A stretch of DNA of 64,000 nucleotides from Thermoplasmata archaeon. GTDB lineage: Archaea > Thermoplasmatota > Thermoplasmata > Lutacidiplasmatales > UBA184. Below, piece after piece: positions 54,101 to 62,636 of this stretch. Where the stretch lies: contig JAJYXQ010000005.1 in the NCBI GenBank assembly GCA_021796385.1, forward strand, positions 21,398 through 85,397. Direction: 5' to 3'. Position 1 is the stretch's first letter, and every line of letters begins with the position of its first letter. Below the pieces are notes generated by a model. It was not told the origin of the DNA. It saw only the letters and a program-made list of their open reading frames with translations, and searched no databases. The position numbers were made by a program, and so were the translations under genes.

Positions 54101-54588
54101 AATCTCTGGTAGAACTGGGAAAGTGAGAGGTAGTGTTGGTAATCTGGCGAGCCAGGTGTATTGACCCCTTGGAGGAAGGCGGACAGACTGGAGGTCTGGG
54201 GAATGGCCAAGTCGAGGTCGAAGTGTACGGTCGTACTACCCGCGACCTTGCCTGAGGGTATCGCCTTTATGGGAAGGCTTCCCACACTGCCAACGATCGG
54301 GACCAGGGGACCGATCCCTCCAGTTGTTGAAACCGCAGTCGTCGGCACACCGGTGACCGGGGCGAGACCCGTAAGCCACGCGGAACTACCGGCCAAGGCC
54401 GAGACCGCTAAGACGGCAGCGACCACAATAGAGAGGATGATAGCCCCGTCCAATACGGGGGTCGAGGGCCGCGCCCTCTCGCTCCCTACCGGGCTGATTC
54501 CCTCGGGAAGCACAACGGGCACAACGCGTGTGAATATATAACATTGCCCACGGTACGATATATCAAGGCAGTACGCCGCCCCATCCAC
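51034..54588 (-). CDS. secreted S53 (sedolisin/kumamolisin-type) serine peptidase with three PKD domains, two beta-rich accessory domains and a C-terminal hydrophobic anchor
   Basis: Pro-kumamolisin activation region (HYLSLSQFYQRFGPSSATVTNLVNYL). Catalytic core SWGGGGP...LASAGDNGA and GGTSLACPMWAA (the GGTS Ser nucleophile). PKD repeats (TAPVTVSFTGSASGGTSPYSYAWSFGDGGTSASQNPSHTYSSAGSYTATLTVTDASG). C-terminus ...WLAGFGSLFGGLVAPIGRNPGGERTSRKP. The real start may be an internal GTG at the signal anchor. Confidence 0.8.
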   Translation of the reverse strand: MDGAAYCLDISYRGQCYIFTRVVPVVLPEGISPVGSERARPSTPVLDGAIILSIVVAAVLAVSALAGSSAWLTGLAPVTGVPTTAVSTTGGIGPLVPIVGSVGSLPIKAIPSGKVAGSTTVHFDLDLAIPQTSSLSAFLQGVNTPGSPDYQHYLSLSQFYQRFGPSSATVTNLVNYLSGNGLTVSPTSGPLVYRVSGPANAIDQAFHIELYQFSLGSQSGIAPRGVPELPSSIASAVESFTGLNGFDVPHVMLSFPSISIHPLAATTPSVMQGFYNDTPLLNAGDTGSGTIGLAEVCDPGETDQGYQNDLNQFDTQYGLPSTTLQFTGSGSSTCSGGQSGWDTETDLDIQWAHVIAPGATILVCLDSSDPSVCDQTFVSQGIPFGSNSWGGGGPYHSIWQSAEAAGITLLASAGDNGAAVDYPAAEPDGLGVGGTTITPSGSSYGSESAWSGTGGGCDVNDSPPSYQVNMPGLSSTCGGTTERGVPDVAMDADPNSGVNVITNGQSQQVGGTSLACPMWAAALNVIYQAAGATGFAGPRVYSLAEGSLYHSVFHDVTTGSNGYSAGPGWDAATGVGTPNIGALAAHWNAGSGGGGTPLSASASGSPTSGTAPVTVSFTGSASGGTSPYSYAWSFGDGGTSASQNPSHTYSSAGSYTATLTVTDASGATATSSVAIAVSAAVAPLTATAGASPTQGTAPLAVTYTGTATGGTAPYTYSWTFGDGGTSSAQNPSHTYSTAGTFTSVLSVTDAAGTTASSSVQITVSSPPSSGGCTSATSVSIGTQVSGSVTGGGCMLLSAVVSQTNWNNYYYLNAYETDGTVSGNQPVFTVYTGISPPTVTPTNAAQSQAGPNAAMTISLSVQSSGQFGGWGTYEFLIQASSGSSGSFCFELQFSNSQAGASPACNSGGGPSPLTASASATPTSGTAPLTVTFTGSATGGSSPYSFSWSFGDGASGTGSNPSHTYSASGTYTSTLTVKDSSGASATNSVTITVSPASGGGGCTIGTAIAFGQQVSGSLASGGCMLLSVAISQSQWNNYYYINAYESDGAVTGPQPAFTVYTGVAPPTVTVSNAAQSQAGPNAIMQIDLYTQASGQFGGWGTYEFLIQASTGSSGGFCFEVQLSNSATGNAPACSATLPAAAPSSTGVSSSPTQSAPTWLAGFGSLFGGLVAPIGRNPGGERTSRKP
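51078..52518. repeat. intragenic tandem duplication (~720 bp x 2), each copy encoding a PKD domain plus a ~150-aa Cys-containing beta domain (~75% aa identity between copies)
   Basis: The two protein segments ...CMLLSAVVSQTNWNNYYYLNAYETDG...GQFGGWGTYEFLIQASSGSSGSFCFE and ...CMLLSVAISQSQWNNYYYINAYESDG...GQFGGWGTYEFLIQASTGSSGGFCFE are near-identical. Antisense ORFs echo the repeat. Confidence 0.7.
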
Positions 54589-54597
54589 CTAAGAATG

Positions 54598-57390
54598 TCA
54601 GTCCCAGAACTCCCGGGTCCGAGCGTAGTTCTTCTCTGCGCGGAGGATCTCCGTGAGGAGGTCGTCCGTGTCGGAATACCCCCGGCCCAGGATTCGTCGC
54701 GCTGTCTCCGGACCGATCCCACGCCCGGCGAGAACCAACAGGGCCTGCGCCCCGTAAGTGGCGAGCAGTTCCGCCGAGGCATGGGCGCTCGCAAGTACTT
54801 TCCGCTCGCGGTCCTTGGGTTTCAGGAACGTTCCTTCCTCCTTGAGGTTCTTCTTGCGGGATACATACTTGCGTATGATCTCGATCTCCTTCTTTTGCCG
54901 GGGCGACACGACGGCCGTGAGCACGGCGTGGCACGCGATGCATGGGGAGGGCCCTCCGGCCCCATAGCCGCGGGGGGTGACCGTGCGCAGGTTCCCGCAG
55001 CGAAGGCAGACGGTCACGAGCTCCTCCTTTTCCAGTCGCTCCCGGATCGTACGCAGCAGCGTGGGGGGTGGGCGGGTCGGGAGCTCGCTCCACCGCAATC
55101 TTTCGAGGACCTCGGATCCAGGAGTCCCGCTCGTTCCCCGGAAGGTCGACAGGTGGAGAGAACCATCGGCCAAGGCAGCGAGTATCCGCTGCGTGTTCTC
55201 AAGGTCGAACTTATCGTGAACCACCTTGGCAAAGGCCTCCCGACCCACCACAGACCCCTCGTGAATCGCCATGAGGGGTTCGAGCCTACGTCCATCCTTG
55301 ATCTCGTAGTTTAAGGGAAGCAAACCCAGCTTGCGCGCCACCACGACGAACGTCCATCGATAGTCCTCGGTCCGGGAAATCCCTTGGCGGAGGAGGCGGG
55401 TCACGGCGTCGGGGGGGATCTGGAATATGCGCTCGGCGTCCGCGGTCGAAGCCGGAAGGGGCATCCGGAGAACGATCCAGACGGGGGTGACAAGCAGCGT
55501 CTCCACGGACATCCCGACCTGGGCAGTGGCGCCTTCGGTTAGGAGGACGGCCAAGGTGTTGTTGACGTTGGACCCATGACACGAACCCACAATCAACAAC
55601 CGATCATTGACCTCCACGGTGATCTGGGTGTCATCAGCGACCTGCTCCGGGGAAAACTGATGAAACCGAGCCTCCAGCATTCGACGGGAGGCCGCAGACA
55701 ACGGGTAGCGGGTCGTGTCCTTGTTCCGTCGCAATTCGCCGATCTCCCGTGCCACTTCAATGGGTACGGGAATGTCATCCCCCTCCCAGTATGGAGGGGT
55801 CCCCATTTCTTGGACCGCTTCGACCGTGAGTTCGCTCCCGGACAAGCTCACCATCTTCCAGGTCGTTCCGCGGAGAAGGAAGATGTGGTCCGGAGTTGAA
55901 AGCACACGGGTGACCACAAACCGCTCGTCCAAGGTACCGATGATCCTGCGCGTGGCGATATCGCGCAGCGTGAACGAACGCTCATCCGGTATCATCGATA
56001 GGTTGGCATAGAAATGGGTGAGGAGCCCACGGCCGGGCCAGAGACGGTTTCCCTCGGCATGGACGAGCCCCTGCATCTCGAGGGCTTGAACGAGGTCCTC
56101 CACTTCGGTTCGGGTGATCTGCGAGGTCGCCAACGTATGGGATGCGATATCCATCACGGCATCGATCGTCGACTCCGGTCTTTCCCGGAGCAATGCGACC
56201 AGTTGTTGGCCGAGGGCGAGGAAATTCTCCCGTCGCACGGTCACTTCCTCGACCTGTCCGGTGAGCGCACGACGCGATATCACGGCCGCCTCCTCGAGAT
56301 CCCCCGCATCGAGGGTGACGAGAGTGCCGGTGGAGATTCGGTCCGATGCATGGCCTGCCCGTCCGATCCGTTGGACTAGCCGTGCCACCCGATGCGGCGA
56401 GCCGATCTGGACCACATGATCGATCCCGCCGATATCGATCCCGAGCTCAAGCGAGCTAGTGGCCACGAGGGCCCGGGTGGCTCCCTCCCGGAACTCGGTT
56501 TCCGCTTCCTCCCGAATCTGCCGCGAAAGGGAACCATGGTGGACCGAGACGGTCATCTCCGGAGCAAGCCGACGGAGCATGGCCGTGAGGGATTCGGCTC
56601 CGGGCCGGGTGTTCGTGAAGATCAAAGTGGATGTATGAGACCGCACTACCTCGAGGGTCGTGGAGGCCGCAGCGAAGAGTTTGCCTTCGGTCGTAACGGC
56701 GGTTCGTGCCTCGGGGGAAATCGCCTCAGGTGCCACCGGAGTTCGGACTTCCAACTCGAAGCGTTTTCCAGCTCGGGAGACCACGGTACGGACCGGCTTG
56801 GCGAAAGAGATGAAGCGGGCCATCTCCTCTGGATTGGACACCGTGGCGGACAAACCGATGCGGCGAAGCGGATGACCCACCAATCGTTCCAGCCGCTCGA
56901 TCGAAAGCGCAAGCTGGGCCCCGCGGTCCGATGAGGCCATCTCGTGCACCTCGTCGATGACGACCGACCGGGTGTGTTCAAGCCCCTTACGAAGGTTCCG
57001 GCCGATAAGCAAGAGTTGGAGGGTCTCCGGGGTGGTGATCAGGAGGTGTGGAGGATTCCGAGACTGACGGTTCCTTTCCACTTGGGGGGTATCCCCGTGG
57101 CGGGCCCGAGCGGTGATCCCCGCTGCGTCCGCCATGGCGATGAGCCGGGTCTCAAGGTCACGGTTGAGCGCTCGTAACGGGGTCACATACACGATCGCGA
57201 CCGGGGTGGGGCCCTCCTTCAAGCAGGATTCAATGAGCGGCACCATCGCCGCCTCGGTCTTTCCTGTCCCCGTAGGTGCGACCAGCAGTGCGTTTCCTCC
57301 TTCACGGAGCACGGGCCACGCGGCCGCCTGGATGTCCGTAGGCCTTGAGAGGTTCCTCTGGACCCACTGTGCGAAGGCCTCCTGCGACAT
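54598..57390 (-). CDS. lhr: Lhr-family large ATP-dependent helicase
   Basis: PTDIQAAAWPVLREGGNALLVAPTGTGKTEAA (motif I), VVIDEVHEMAS (DEVH), SATVSNP and the C-terminal Lhr-specific domain. Start placed at the internal MSQEAF (the track's 57630 would overlap the divergent larE-like gene by 188 nt). Confidence 0.85.
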   Translation of the reverse strand: MSQEAFAQWVQRNLSRPTDIQAAAWPVLREGGNALLVAPTGTGKTEAAMVPLIESCLKEGPTPVAIVYVTPLRALNRDLETRLIAMADAAGITARARHGDTPQVERNRQSRNPPHLLITTPETLQLLLIGRNLRKGLEHTRSVVIDEVHEMASSDRGAQLALSIERLERLVGHPLRRIGLSATVSNPEEMARFISFAKPVRTVVSRAGKRFELEVRTPVAPEAISPEARTAVTTEGKLFAAASTTLEVVRSHTSTLIFTNTRPGAESLTAMLRRLAPEMTVSVHHGSLSRQIREEAETEFREGATRALVATSSLELGIDIGGIDHVVQIGSPHRVARLVQRIGRAGHASDRISTGTLVTLDAGDLEEAAVISRRALTGQVEEVTVRRENFLALGQQLVALLRERPESTIDAVMDIASHTLATSQITRTEVEDLVQALEMQGLVHAEGNRLWPGRGLLTHFYANLSMIPDERSFTLRDIATRRIIGTLDERFVVTRVLSTPDHIFLLRGTTWKMVSLSGSELTVEAVQEMGTPPYWEGDDIPVPIEVAREIGELRRNKDTTRYPLSAASRRMLEARFHQFSPEQVADDTQITVEVNDRLLIVGSCHGSNVNNTLAVLLTEGATAQVGMSVETLLVTPVWIVLRMPLPASTADAERIFQIPPDAVTRLLRQGISRTEDYRWTFVVVARKLGLLPLNYEIKDGRRLEPLMAIHEGSVVGREAFAKVVHDKFDLENTQRILAALADGSLHLSTFRGTSGTPGSEVLERLRWSELPTRPPPTLLRTIRERLEKEELVTVCLRCGNLRTVTPRGYGAGGPSPCIACHAVLTAVVSPRQKKEIEIIRKYVSRKKNLKEEGTFLKPKDRERKVLASAHASAELLATYGAQALLVLAGRGIGPETARRILGRGYSDTDDLLTEILRAEKNYARTREFWD

Positions 57391-57442
57391 CCCCTTTGAC
57401 TGCACCCGCAGAGATAAGTAGGTTTCTTGCATCCAACAATTC

Positions 57443-58243
57443 ATGGACGGCGTCGAAAGGGACCTCGCCCGACTGGAAGCGGTCTTGGAAGGCCATGCCA
57501 AGGTCTTGGTAGCCCTCTCGGGTGGGATCGACTCTTCCGTAGTGGCCGCGGCCGCGTACCGCGCCCGGCGGGAAGATTCGTTGGCCGTTACGCTGACGGG
57601 ACCGTCCCATCCCGCACGTGACTTGGCCATGGCCCGGAAAGTGGCCGATATTATCGGGATCCCTTACCAGGTTCATACCATCGACCCTATGACAGATGTC
57701 GATTACGTGCGGAACGATGCGGACCGATGCTATTTCTGTCGACGGCTAGAATCCGCACAATTATGGGGCATCGCACGGCAGCACGATATCCCGATCATCG
57801 TGGACGGTGTGCACCGGGACGACCTACAAGACGTTCGGCCCGGGCTCCGTGCCTTGGCACAGGCGGACATCCGTCATCCCCTCCTCGAAGCGAACCTGGG
57901 AAAGCGGGAGGTGAGGGCGATCGGGAAACTGCTCGGACTCCCGAATCATGATGCCCCGGCGAACGCATGTCTCGCCTCTCGTGTCACCCGCGGGGTCCGG
58001 ATCCGTAGGGAGGACTTGGCCCGGGTCAACGATGCCGAGGAGTTCTTGGTATCGCTCGGCTTCAACCAGGTCCGGGTGCGGACGTCGGGCTTATCCACCC
58101 GGATCGAGGTCCCGCCGGAGGACGTCCCAAGGCTTTCCCAATCCGAAATTTGGTCGAAGGTGAAGGTGTGCCTCCATTCCTTGGGATTCGAGGGGATCGA
58201 ACCTCTCCCCGTACCCTATGTGCCCGCCGGGAGGGTGACATGA
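57443..58243 (+). CDS. PP-loop ATP pyrophosphatase of the LarE/TIGR00268 family (ATP-dependent sulfur transferase-like)
   Basis: AKVLVALSGGIDSSVVAAAAY is the SGGxDS PP-loop. CYFCRR and C-terminal Cys/His residues fit the TIGR00268 layout. 266 aa. Confidence 0.7.
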   Translation: MDGVERDLARLEAVLEGHAKVLVALSGGIDSSVVAAAAYRARREDSLAVTLTGPSHPARDLAMARKVADIIGIPYQVHTIDPMTDVDYVRNDADRCYFCRRLESAQLWGIARQHDIPIIVDGVHRDDLQDVRPGLRALAQADIRHPLLEANLGKREVRAIGKLLGLPNHDAPANACLASRVTRGVRIRREDLARVNDAEEFLVSLGFNQVRVRTSGLSTRIEVPPEDVPRLSQSEIWSKVKVCLHSLGFEGIEPLPVPYVPAGRVT

Positions 58244-58500
58244 GCGAGAGCCGGGGGAAAACTTCCTGGATCGTCCCGCCCGCGGAGGTCTGCATCCTTT
58301 GTCACAAACCGATCGGGTCCAAAGAGGAGAAGAGCTCTTGGAACGATCATCCCGCCCATGCCGAGTGCGTGCGGATCCACACGCTACAACGTCACCCGGT
58401 GTTCCGAGACTGGAGTGCCGAGGGTGAGGAAGGGGGCGAAGAACCCGAGGAAGGACCTCCCCACAGTGACGATGACGAGGACGAAGGGTGGCCCGGGTGA
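58240..58500 (+). CDS. small zinc-finger protein with an acidic C-terminal tail
   Basis: Start overlaps the larE-like stop (ATGA). VCILCHKPIGSKEE...HPAHAECVRIH gives Cys2-His/Cys ligands. The tail is EGEEGGEEPEEGPPHSDDDEDEGWPG. The track ORF begins 30 codons upstream inside larE. Confidence 0.4.
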   Translation: MSESRGKTSWIVPPAEVCILCHKPIGSKEEKSSWNDHPAHAECVRIHTLQRHPVFRDWSAEGEEGGEEPEEGPPHSDDDEDEGWPG

Positions 58501-58509
58501 GTGGGCTCG

Positions 58510-59220
58510 TTACCGGGGTTCGTAGGTCACCAAGAGGCCTCCTTCGAGGATTGTTGCCCGAACTACCCGGAGGCGAACCAGTTCCGATGGGCTTCGGTAC
58601 CCCCGACCTCCGATAAGGCCAGGCGCATCCTTCCCGCCGATCAGCACAGGAGCCACGTACAAGGTGAGTCGGTCCACACATCCTGCCCCGAGGAACGAAG
58701 CGATGGTCTCGGATCCGCCTTCGACCATGAGCCGATGGATACCGTTTGTCAAAAGCCACCGAAGAGCCACCCGTAGGTTCACACGCGGGTGGTTCGTGGA
58801 CACCCATGTCACCCCGGGCCGTGGACGATTCCCTCGCGGAGGCCCGAACACGACGGTGGGGATCGATCCGTCCAGGACGCGCGCTCTTGCCGGCAACCCG
58901 CGGGAGGAACCCAGAACGACCCGGATAGGGGGGTCACCCTTGCGCCGCTCGATAGCGGGAGAAAGCGACATCCCCCGCAACCGCTCCCAATGGACCCGCA
59001 AGGACGGGTCATCGTTGCGAACGGTCCCCGCCCCAACAAGGATCGCATCGGCGCTTGCCCGGAGAAGGTCGACCCGCTGAAAGTCGGCTGGGCTCGAGAG
59101 GATCGCTCGCTTCCCTCCGGGAAAGGCCAGCTTGCCGTCTAGGCTGATCGCAGCATTGATCCAAACGAACGGGCGGTCCCGAGGGACAGGTCTCTTCGGC
59201 CAAGAGATCCGGAGGGACAT
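58510..59220 (-). CDS. RibD C-terminal-domain reductase (2,5-diamino-6-ribosylamino-pyrimidinone 5'-phosphate reductase, archaeal riboflavin/F420 pathway type)
   Basis: RPFVWINAAISLDGKLA...LVGAGTV...LMVEGGSETIASFL is a DHFR-like RibD_C fold. 236 aa. Confidence 0.7.
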   Translation of the reverse strand: MSLRISWPKRPVPRDRPFVWINAAISLDGKLAFPGGKRAILSSPADFQRVDLLRASADAILVGAGTVRNDDPSLRVHWERLRGMSLSPAIERRKGDPPIRVVLGSSRGLPARARVLDGSIPTVVFGPPRGNRPRPGVTWVSTNHPRVNLRVALRWLLTNGIHRLMVEGGSETIASFLGAGCVDRLTLYVAPVLIGGKDAPGLIGGRGYRSPSELVRLRVVRATILEGGLLVTYEPR

Positions 59221-59234
59221 GGGTCGGGCGGGGC

Positions 59235-60707
59235 TCAGGGGAGCTCGAGGGCGCGGAGGGCTTCCTCGAGTGGCCCGGTGGCCATGCTCTCTTCTTTCAT
59301 CGTCACAATGTTGATGCGCACGTTCTCCACGGCACCCGCGATGGAGGCCCGCAAGAAGCCAAGGGCCGCATCATAATCGCTGCGCATGATCGCCTTGACC
59401 GACCCCTCCCGCTGCTTGAGGAGGGAATACGCCGAAAACGAATGCTGGGCGATAGACAGGGGTACCTCGGCGGCGTGCTGGAGAGCGCTCCGATAGGTGA
59501 TCTGTGCCCCTTCGTCCTGCGGAAGGCTCTTTCGAAGACGGAACGCCTGCCGGACCCCATCGTAGGCTTTGGAATCCTCCTCGACACCTTGCTGGAGCTT
59601 GGACCGGAGGTCTGCGAGCTTCGCGAGCGGTTCCACCGCTTCCGGAGGGAGGTTGTTGGCCGGGCCCGCGAACCGGGTGACCATCTCCCCAAGAGCCACG
59701 CCCAAGGCGCCCACGAGGGCCGAAGCACTGCCTCCTCCCGGAGTTGGTGTGCGGGCCGCCAATGCATTGAGGTACGTTGCAAGGGACGTGGATTCAAGAA
59801 AGTTCGAAGGAACACCTTGGAGTTTCCGCTCTAGGATGGTCTGCCGATCGAAATGGTTGAGCCGCAAGTAGTGTTCAGCAGCATCCAGAAGAGCATCTTC
59901 GGGAACGAGCCCGACGACCTCACTTTCCCCGAGCGAGACCCCGAAGCGATCGGCCTCCGACCGCACCATTTCGAACACCCGATGAAGCGGGGTACGGCGA
60001 TAATCCGTCATGTTGATCGAGACCTGGGCTTGGTGTCGTTCCGTGATTTCGAACCCGAGGGCCTTCACCTCGGCAAGGCCCCCGTCCCGAGCCCGGATGG
60101 CCCGGGCGATGGCCTTCGCCACCCCGACGTCCGGGGTATTGAGATAGATGTTGTAGGCGATGAGCACCGGACGGGCCCCGATGGCGACGGCACCGGCGGT
60201 GGGGTGTACCCGTGCCTCGCCAAGGTCCGGTTTTCGGGTGGCGTCCTGTCCGATCGAACTTCGGATCCCTTCGAACTCCCCACGACGCACGTACGCTAGG
60301 TCCATCCGCTCTGGGATGCGGGCCGCCTTCCCATACAGGTAGACCGGGATGGAAAGTTGCGATGCCACCCTCTCCCCCAATGCCGTGGCGAGCGAAACGG
60401 CCTCCTCCATGGTGGCCTCCCCCATGGGAATGAAGGGGATCACGTCCATAGCGCCCATCCGAGGATGTTCCCCTTTGTGCTTGGTGAGGTCGATGAGCTC
60501 GGCGGCCTTACGCGTGGCTTGAAAGGCCGCCTCCTTGAGCGCCTCGCCTTCCCCGACGAGGCTGAGGACGGACCGGTTGTGGTCGGCGTTCGACTCGACA
60601 TCGAGCACCCGGACCCCGGGCACCGCCCGTGCGGCGTCGACCACGGCGGCGATCACCTTAGGGTCCCGACCTTCGGAGAAGTTGGGGACGCACTCGAAAA
60701 ACCTCAT
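59235..60707 (-). CDS. ftcD: bifunctional glutamate formimidoyltransferase / formimidoyl-tetrahydrofolate cyclodeaminase (FtcD-like)
   Basis: MRFFECVPNFSEGRDPKVIAAVVDA is the formiminotransferase N-terminal signature. The C-terminal ~190 aa (TPGGGSASALVGALGVALGEMV) is the cyclodeaminase domain. Confidence 0.8.
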   Translation of the reverse strand: MRFFECVPNFSEGRDPKVIAAVVDAARAVPGVRVLDVESNADHNRSVLSLVGEGEALKEAAFQATRKAAELIDLTKHKGEHPRMGAMDVIPFIPMGEATMEEAVSLATALGERVASQLSIPVYLYGKAARIPERMDLAYVRRGEFEGIRSSIGQDATRKPDLGEARVHPTAGAVAIGARPVLIAYNIYLNTPDVGVAKAIARAIRARDGGLAEVKALGFEITERHQAQVSINMTDYRRTPLHRVFEMVRSEADRFGVSLGESEVVGLVPEDALLDAAEHYLRLNHFDRQTILERKLQGVPSNFLESTSLATYLNALAARTPTPGGGSASALVGALGVALGEMVTRFAGPANNLPPEAVEPLAKLADLRSKLQQGVEEDSKAYDGVRQAFRLRKSLPQDEGAQITYRSALQHAAEVPLSIAQHSFSAYSLLKQREGSVKAIMRSDYDAALGFLRASIAGAVENVRINIVTMKEESMATGPLEEALRALELP

Positions 60708-61726
60708 GTTCTTCCCTCAAAGTCATCCAACGCAGTTTGAAGAGGTTTCGGTGGGGTCGAGAGGTCCACGTCCCCTAGCTTTTCGACGGTACGGGCGATT
60801 CGGGCCTCTTCGAAACCGTGCCGATCGACCAAGAGACGCATGACCTTCTCGGGGGTTGGACGGGTCCAAACGAGTCGGTACTCCGGGGTGAACGGAGGAT
60901 TTCCGAAGAGGTCGGCCACTTCTTTCAGCGTAGCAGGGTCCCCGCCGACCCTACGGATGGTCTCTTCGAAACCGAGATGCTCCTGGGCGAGTTTGAGGGC
61001 CCTCTTCGGCCCGATACCCTGGAAGCCCTCGTTGAAGTCCGTGCCGATGAGCAGACACATGACGATGAATTCCGGAAGGGAGAGTGAGAGTTGAGAGAGG
61101 ACCTCTTCAGCCGAGAGGACCCGGACCGAACCAGTATCCCTCAGGGAGTGCTTGAGCGCGGCTAGCCCGCGCACGAGGCGAGGAGTACCGAAGAGCAGCG
61201 TATCATAATCCTCGCTCGCCGCAGCCCATACATCGCCGCGGCGGGCCATCTGCGCTGCCTGAGCCTCCCCTTCGGAAGGGGCCTGGACCCAGGGGACGCC
61301 CAAGGCATCGAGGAGCTCCTTGGCGTCGGCGACCATCGGCTCCGTGAGGCGGCTGGTCTGGGCGGCCTTTTTCTTAGCTAGAGGCAGGTCCCCCGCTTGG
61401 AGGGCTGCCTCCCACTCTTGCGTGGCCCTTTCCTTCACGCGGGCCCTCGCCTTGAGGGTGTTCAACTTGAGCGGAGAGGGTTTGCCGTCGAAGGAATATA
61501 TGGGTCGTATCCCGTTCACAAGTAGGCTCGTGGTCCGGTAAAGGAGTCCTACCAAGTGGCTCGTGACCTCCCCGCCGTCCCCAGTGAACGGGGTTCCATC
61601 CGCCTGCCGGATCGTGGCAAGGAACTGGTAGAGCATGTTGTAGGCGTCGAGGGCGAGTTTCTTGCCCTTGAGAGAATCGAGCGGCACTTCCGTAGGAGAT
61701 ACGATCTGCCCGAGCTGAACGCCCAT
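60704..61726 (-). CDS. fen: flap endonuclease 1 (FEN-1)
   Basis: MGVQLGQIVSPTEVPLDSLKGKKLALDAYNMLYQFL (XPG-N), XPG-I region and the C-terminal PIP-like tail. Start at the internal MGVQ rather than the track's 61762. The stop overlaps the ftcD start. Confidence 0.9.
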   Translation of the reverse strand: MGVQLGQIVSPTEVPLDSLKGKKLALDAYNMLYQFLATIRQADGTPFTGDGGEVTSHLVGLLYRTTSLLVNGIRPIYSFDGKPSPLKLNTLKARARVKERATQEWEAALQAGDLPLAKKKAAQTSRLTEPMVADAKELLDALGVPWVQAPSEGEAQAAQMARRGDVWAAASEDYDTLLFGTPRLVRGLAALKHSLRDTGSVRVLSAEEVLSQLSLSLPEFIVMCLLIGTDFNEGFQGIGPKRALKLAQEHLGFEETIRRVGGDPATLKEVADLFGNPPFTPEYRLVWTRPTPEKVMRLLVDRHGFEEARIARTVEKLGDVDLSTPPKPLQTALDDFEGRT

Positions 61727-61802
61727 CTGCCACCCTCCTTCCGATGGGAGAGACGAGCGCATATAACCTACGGGCCGACCTCTTTATACGTTCGGCCGAC
61801 TT

Positions 61803-62585
61803 GTGCCGGACATGGTGGAAAGCGGGCCGGTCTCGGTACGAATGGAGGGCAAAACCCCGTGGCATGGGGACGAACTTCCGATGCTCGTCTGCTTCCCCAG
61901 CGTTGGGTTGGCCAGCACGGTAGTGGGGCACTACCTGATCCGATCCAAGAACCTAGTGCGGATCGCCTCAGTGCACTCCGAGTTCCTTCCCCCAGCCACG
62001 ATCGTGATCGATTCGTTTCCCAACCCCTCGGTCCGCATCCATGCGGATGCAACCATGGCCACACTGGTATCCGAGTTCCCCGCGCCTCTCGAACTGATTA
62101 CCCCGCTCGCCTCGACCATTCTGGATTGGGCCGTGAGCCAGCACTCGGGGCTTGTGGTAGCCATTGAGGGAATCCTCGGTAAGAAGGAGCAGGATAAGGA
62201 TTCTGAGAACCAGGAAGTGGTCTTGGGGATCCCTTCGAACGCTTTGGCGAAGTCGCGGCTTGAGAAGGCCGGCATCCAGATACTCGAAGAGGGGATCGTG
62301 GGAGGGATCACAGCGGCCCTGTTGAACGAGGCTGCGTACCGTGACATGCCTTTGGTCGTACTGTTTGCGATGGCGGCCGATGAGGAGCTTCCGGATCACG
62401 GCGCCGCCGCCCGACTCCTCGAAAGCATCAACCGACTCCTCCCGGACCTTAAGATCGATCCCCAACCGCTCTTCGCGCAGGCGCGGATGATCGAGCAGAC
62501 GCTCCGGACCGGAATGAAGCTCCACCGGACGACAGAACCCGCGCCCAAGACTGCCAAGGGACCGGAACCCTCGATATACGGTTAG
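61803..62585 (+). CDS. second PAC2-family proteasome assembly chaperone (PbaB-like) with a C-terminal HbYX-type tail (...SIYG)
   Basis: LPMLVCFPSVGLASTVVGHYL is a PAC2 N-terminal signature. The C-terminal Ile-Tyr-Gly matches the Hb-Y-X motif that docks into proteasome alpha-ring pockets. Confidence 0.55.
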   Translation: MPDMVESGPVSVRMEGKTPWHGDELPMLVCFPSVGLASTVVGHYLIRSKNLVRIASVHSEFLPPATIVIDSFPNPSVRIHADATMATLVSEFPAPLELITPLASTILDWAVSQHSGLVVAIEGILGKKEQDKDSENQEVVLGIPSNALAKSRLEKAGIQILEEGIVGGITAALLNEAAYRDMPLVVLFAMAADEELPDHGAAARLLESINRLLPDLKIDPQPLFAQARMIEQTLRTGMKLHRTTEPAPKTAKGPEPSIYG

Positions 62586-62636
62586 AAAGACGGGACCCGG
62601 CGGAGGGGTGGGCTTTTATCCTTTCTCGCCCATTTT

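Noticed and set aside
51136-54541. Many 60-215-aa plus-strand ORFs
   Set aside because: All are antisense to the 1184-aa S53 peptidase. Their internal similarity only mirrors the sense-strand duplication.
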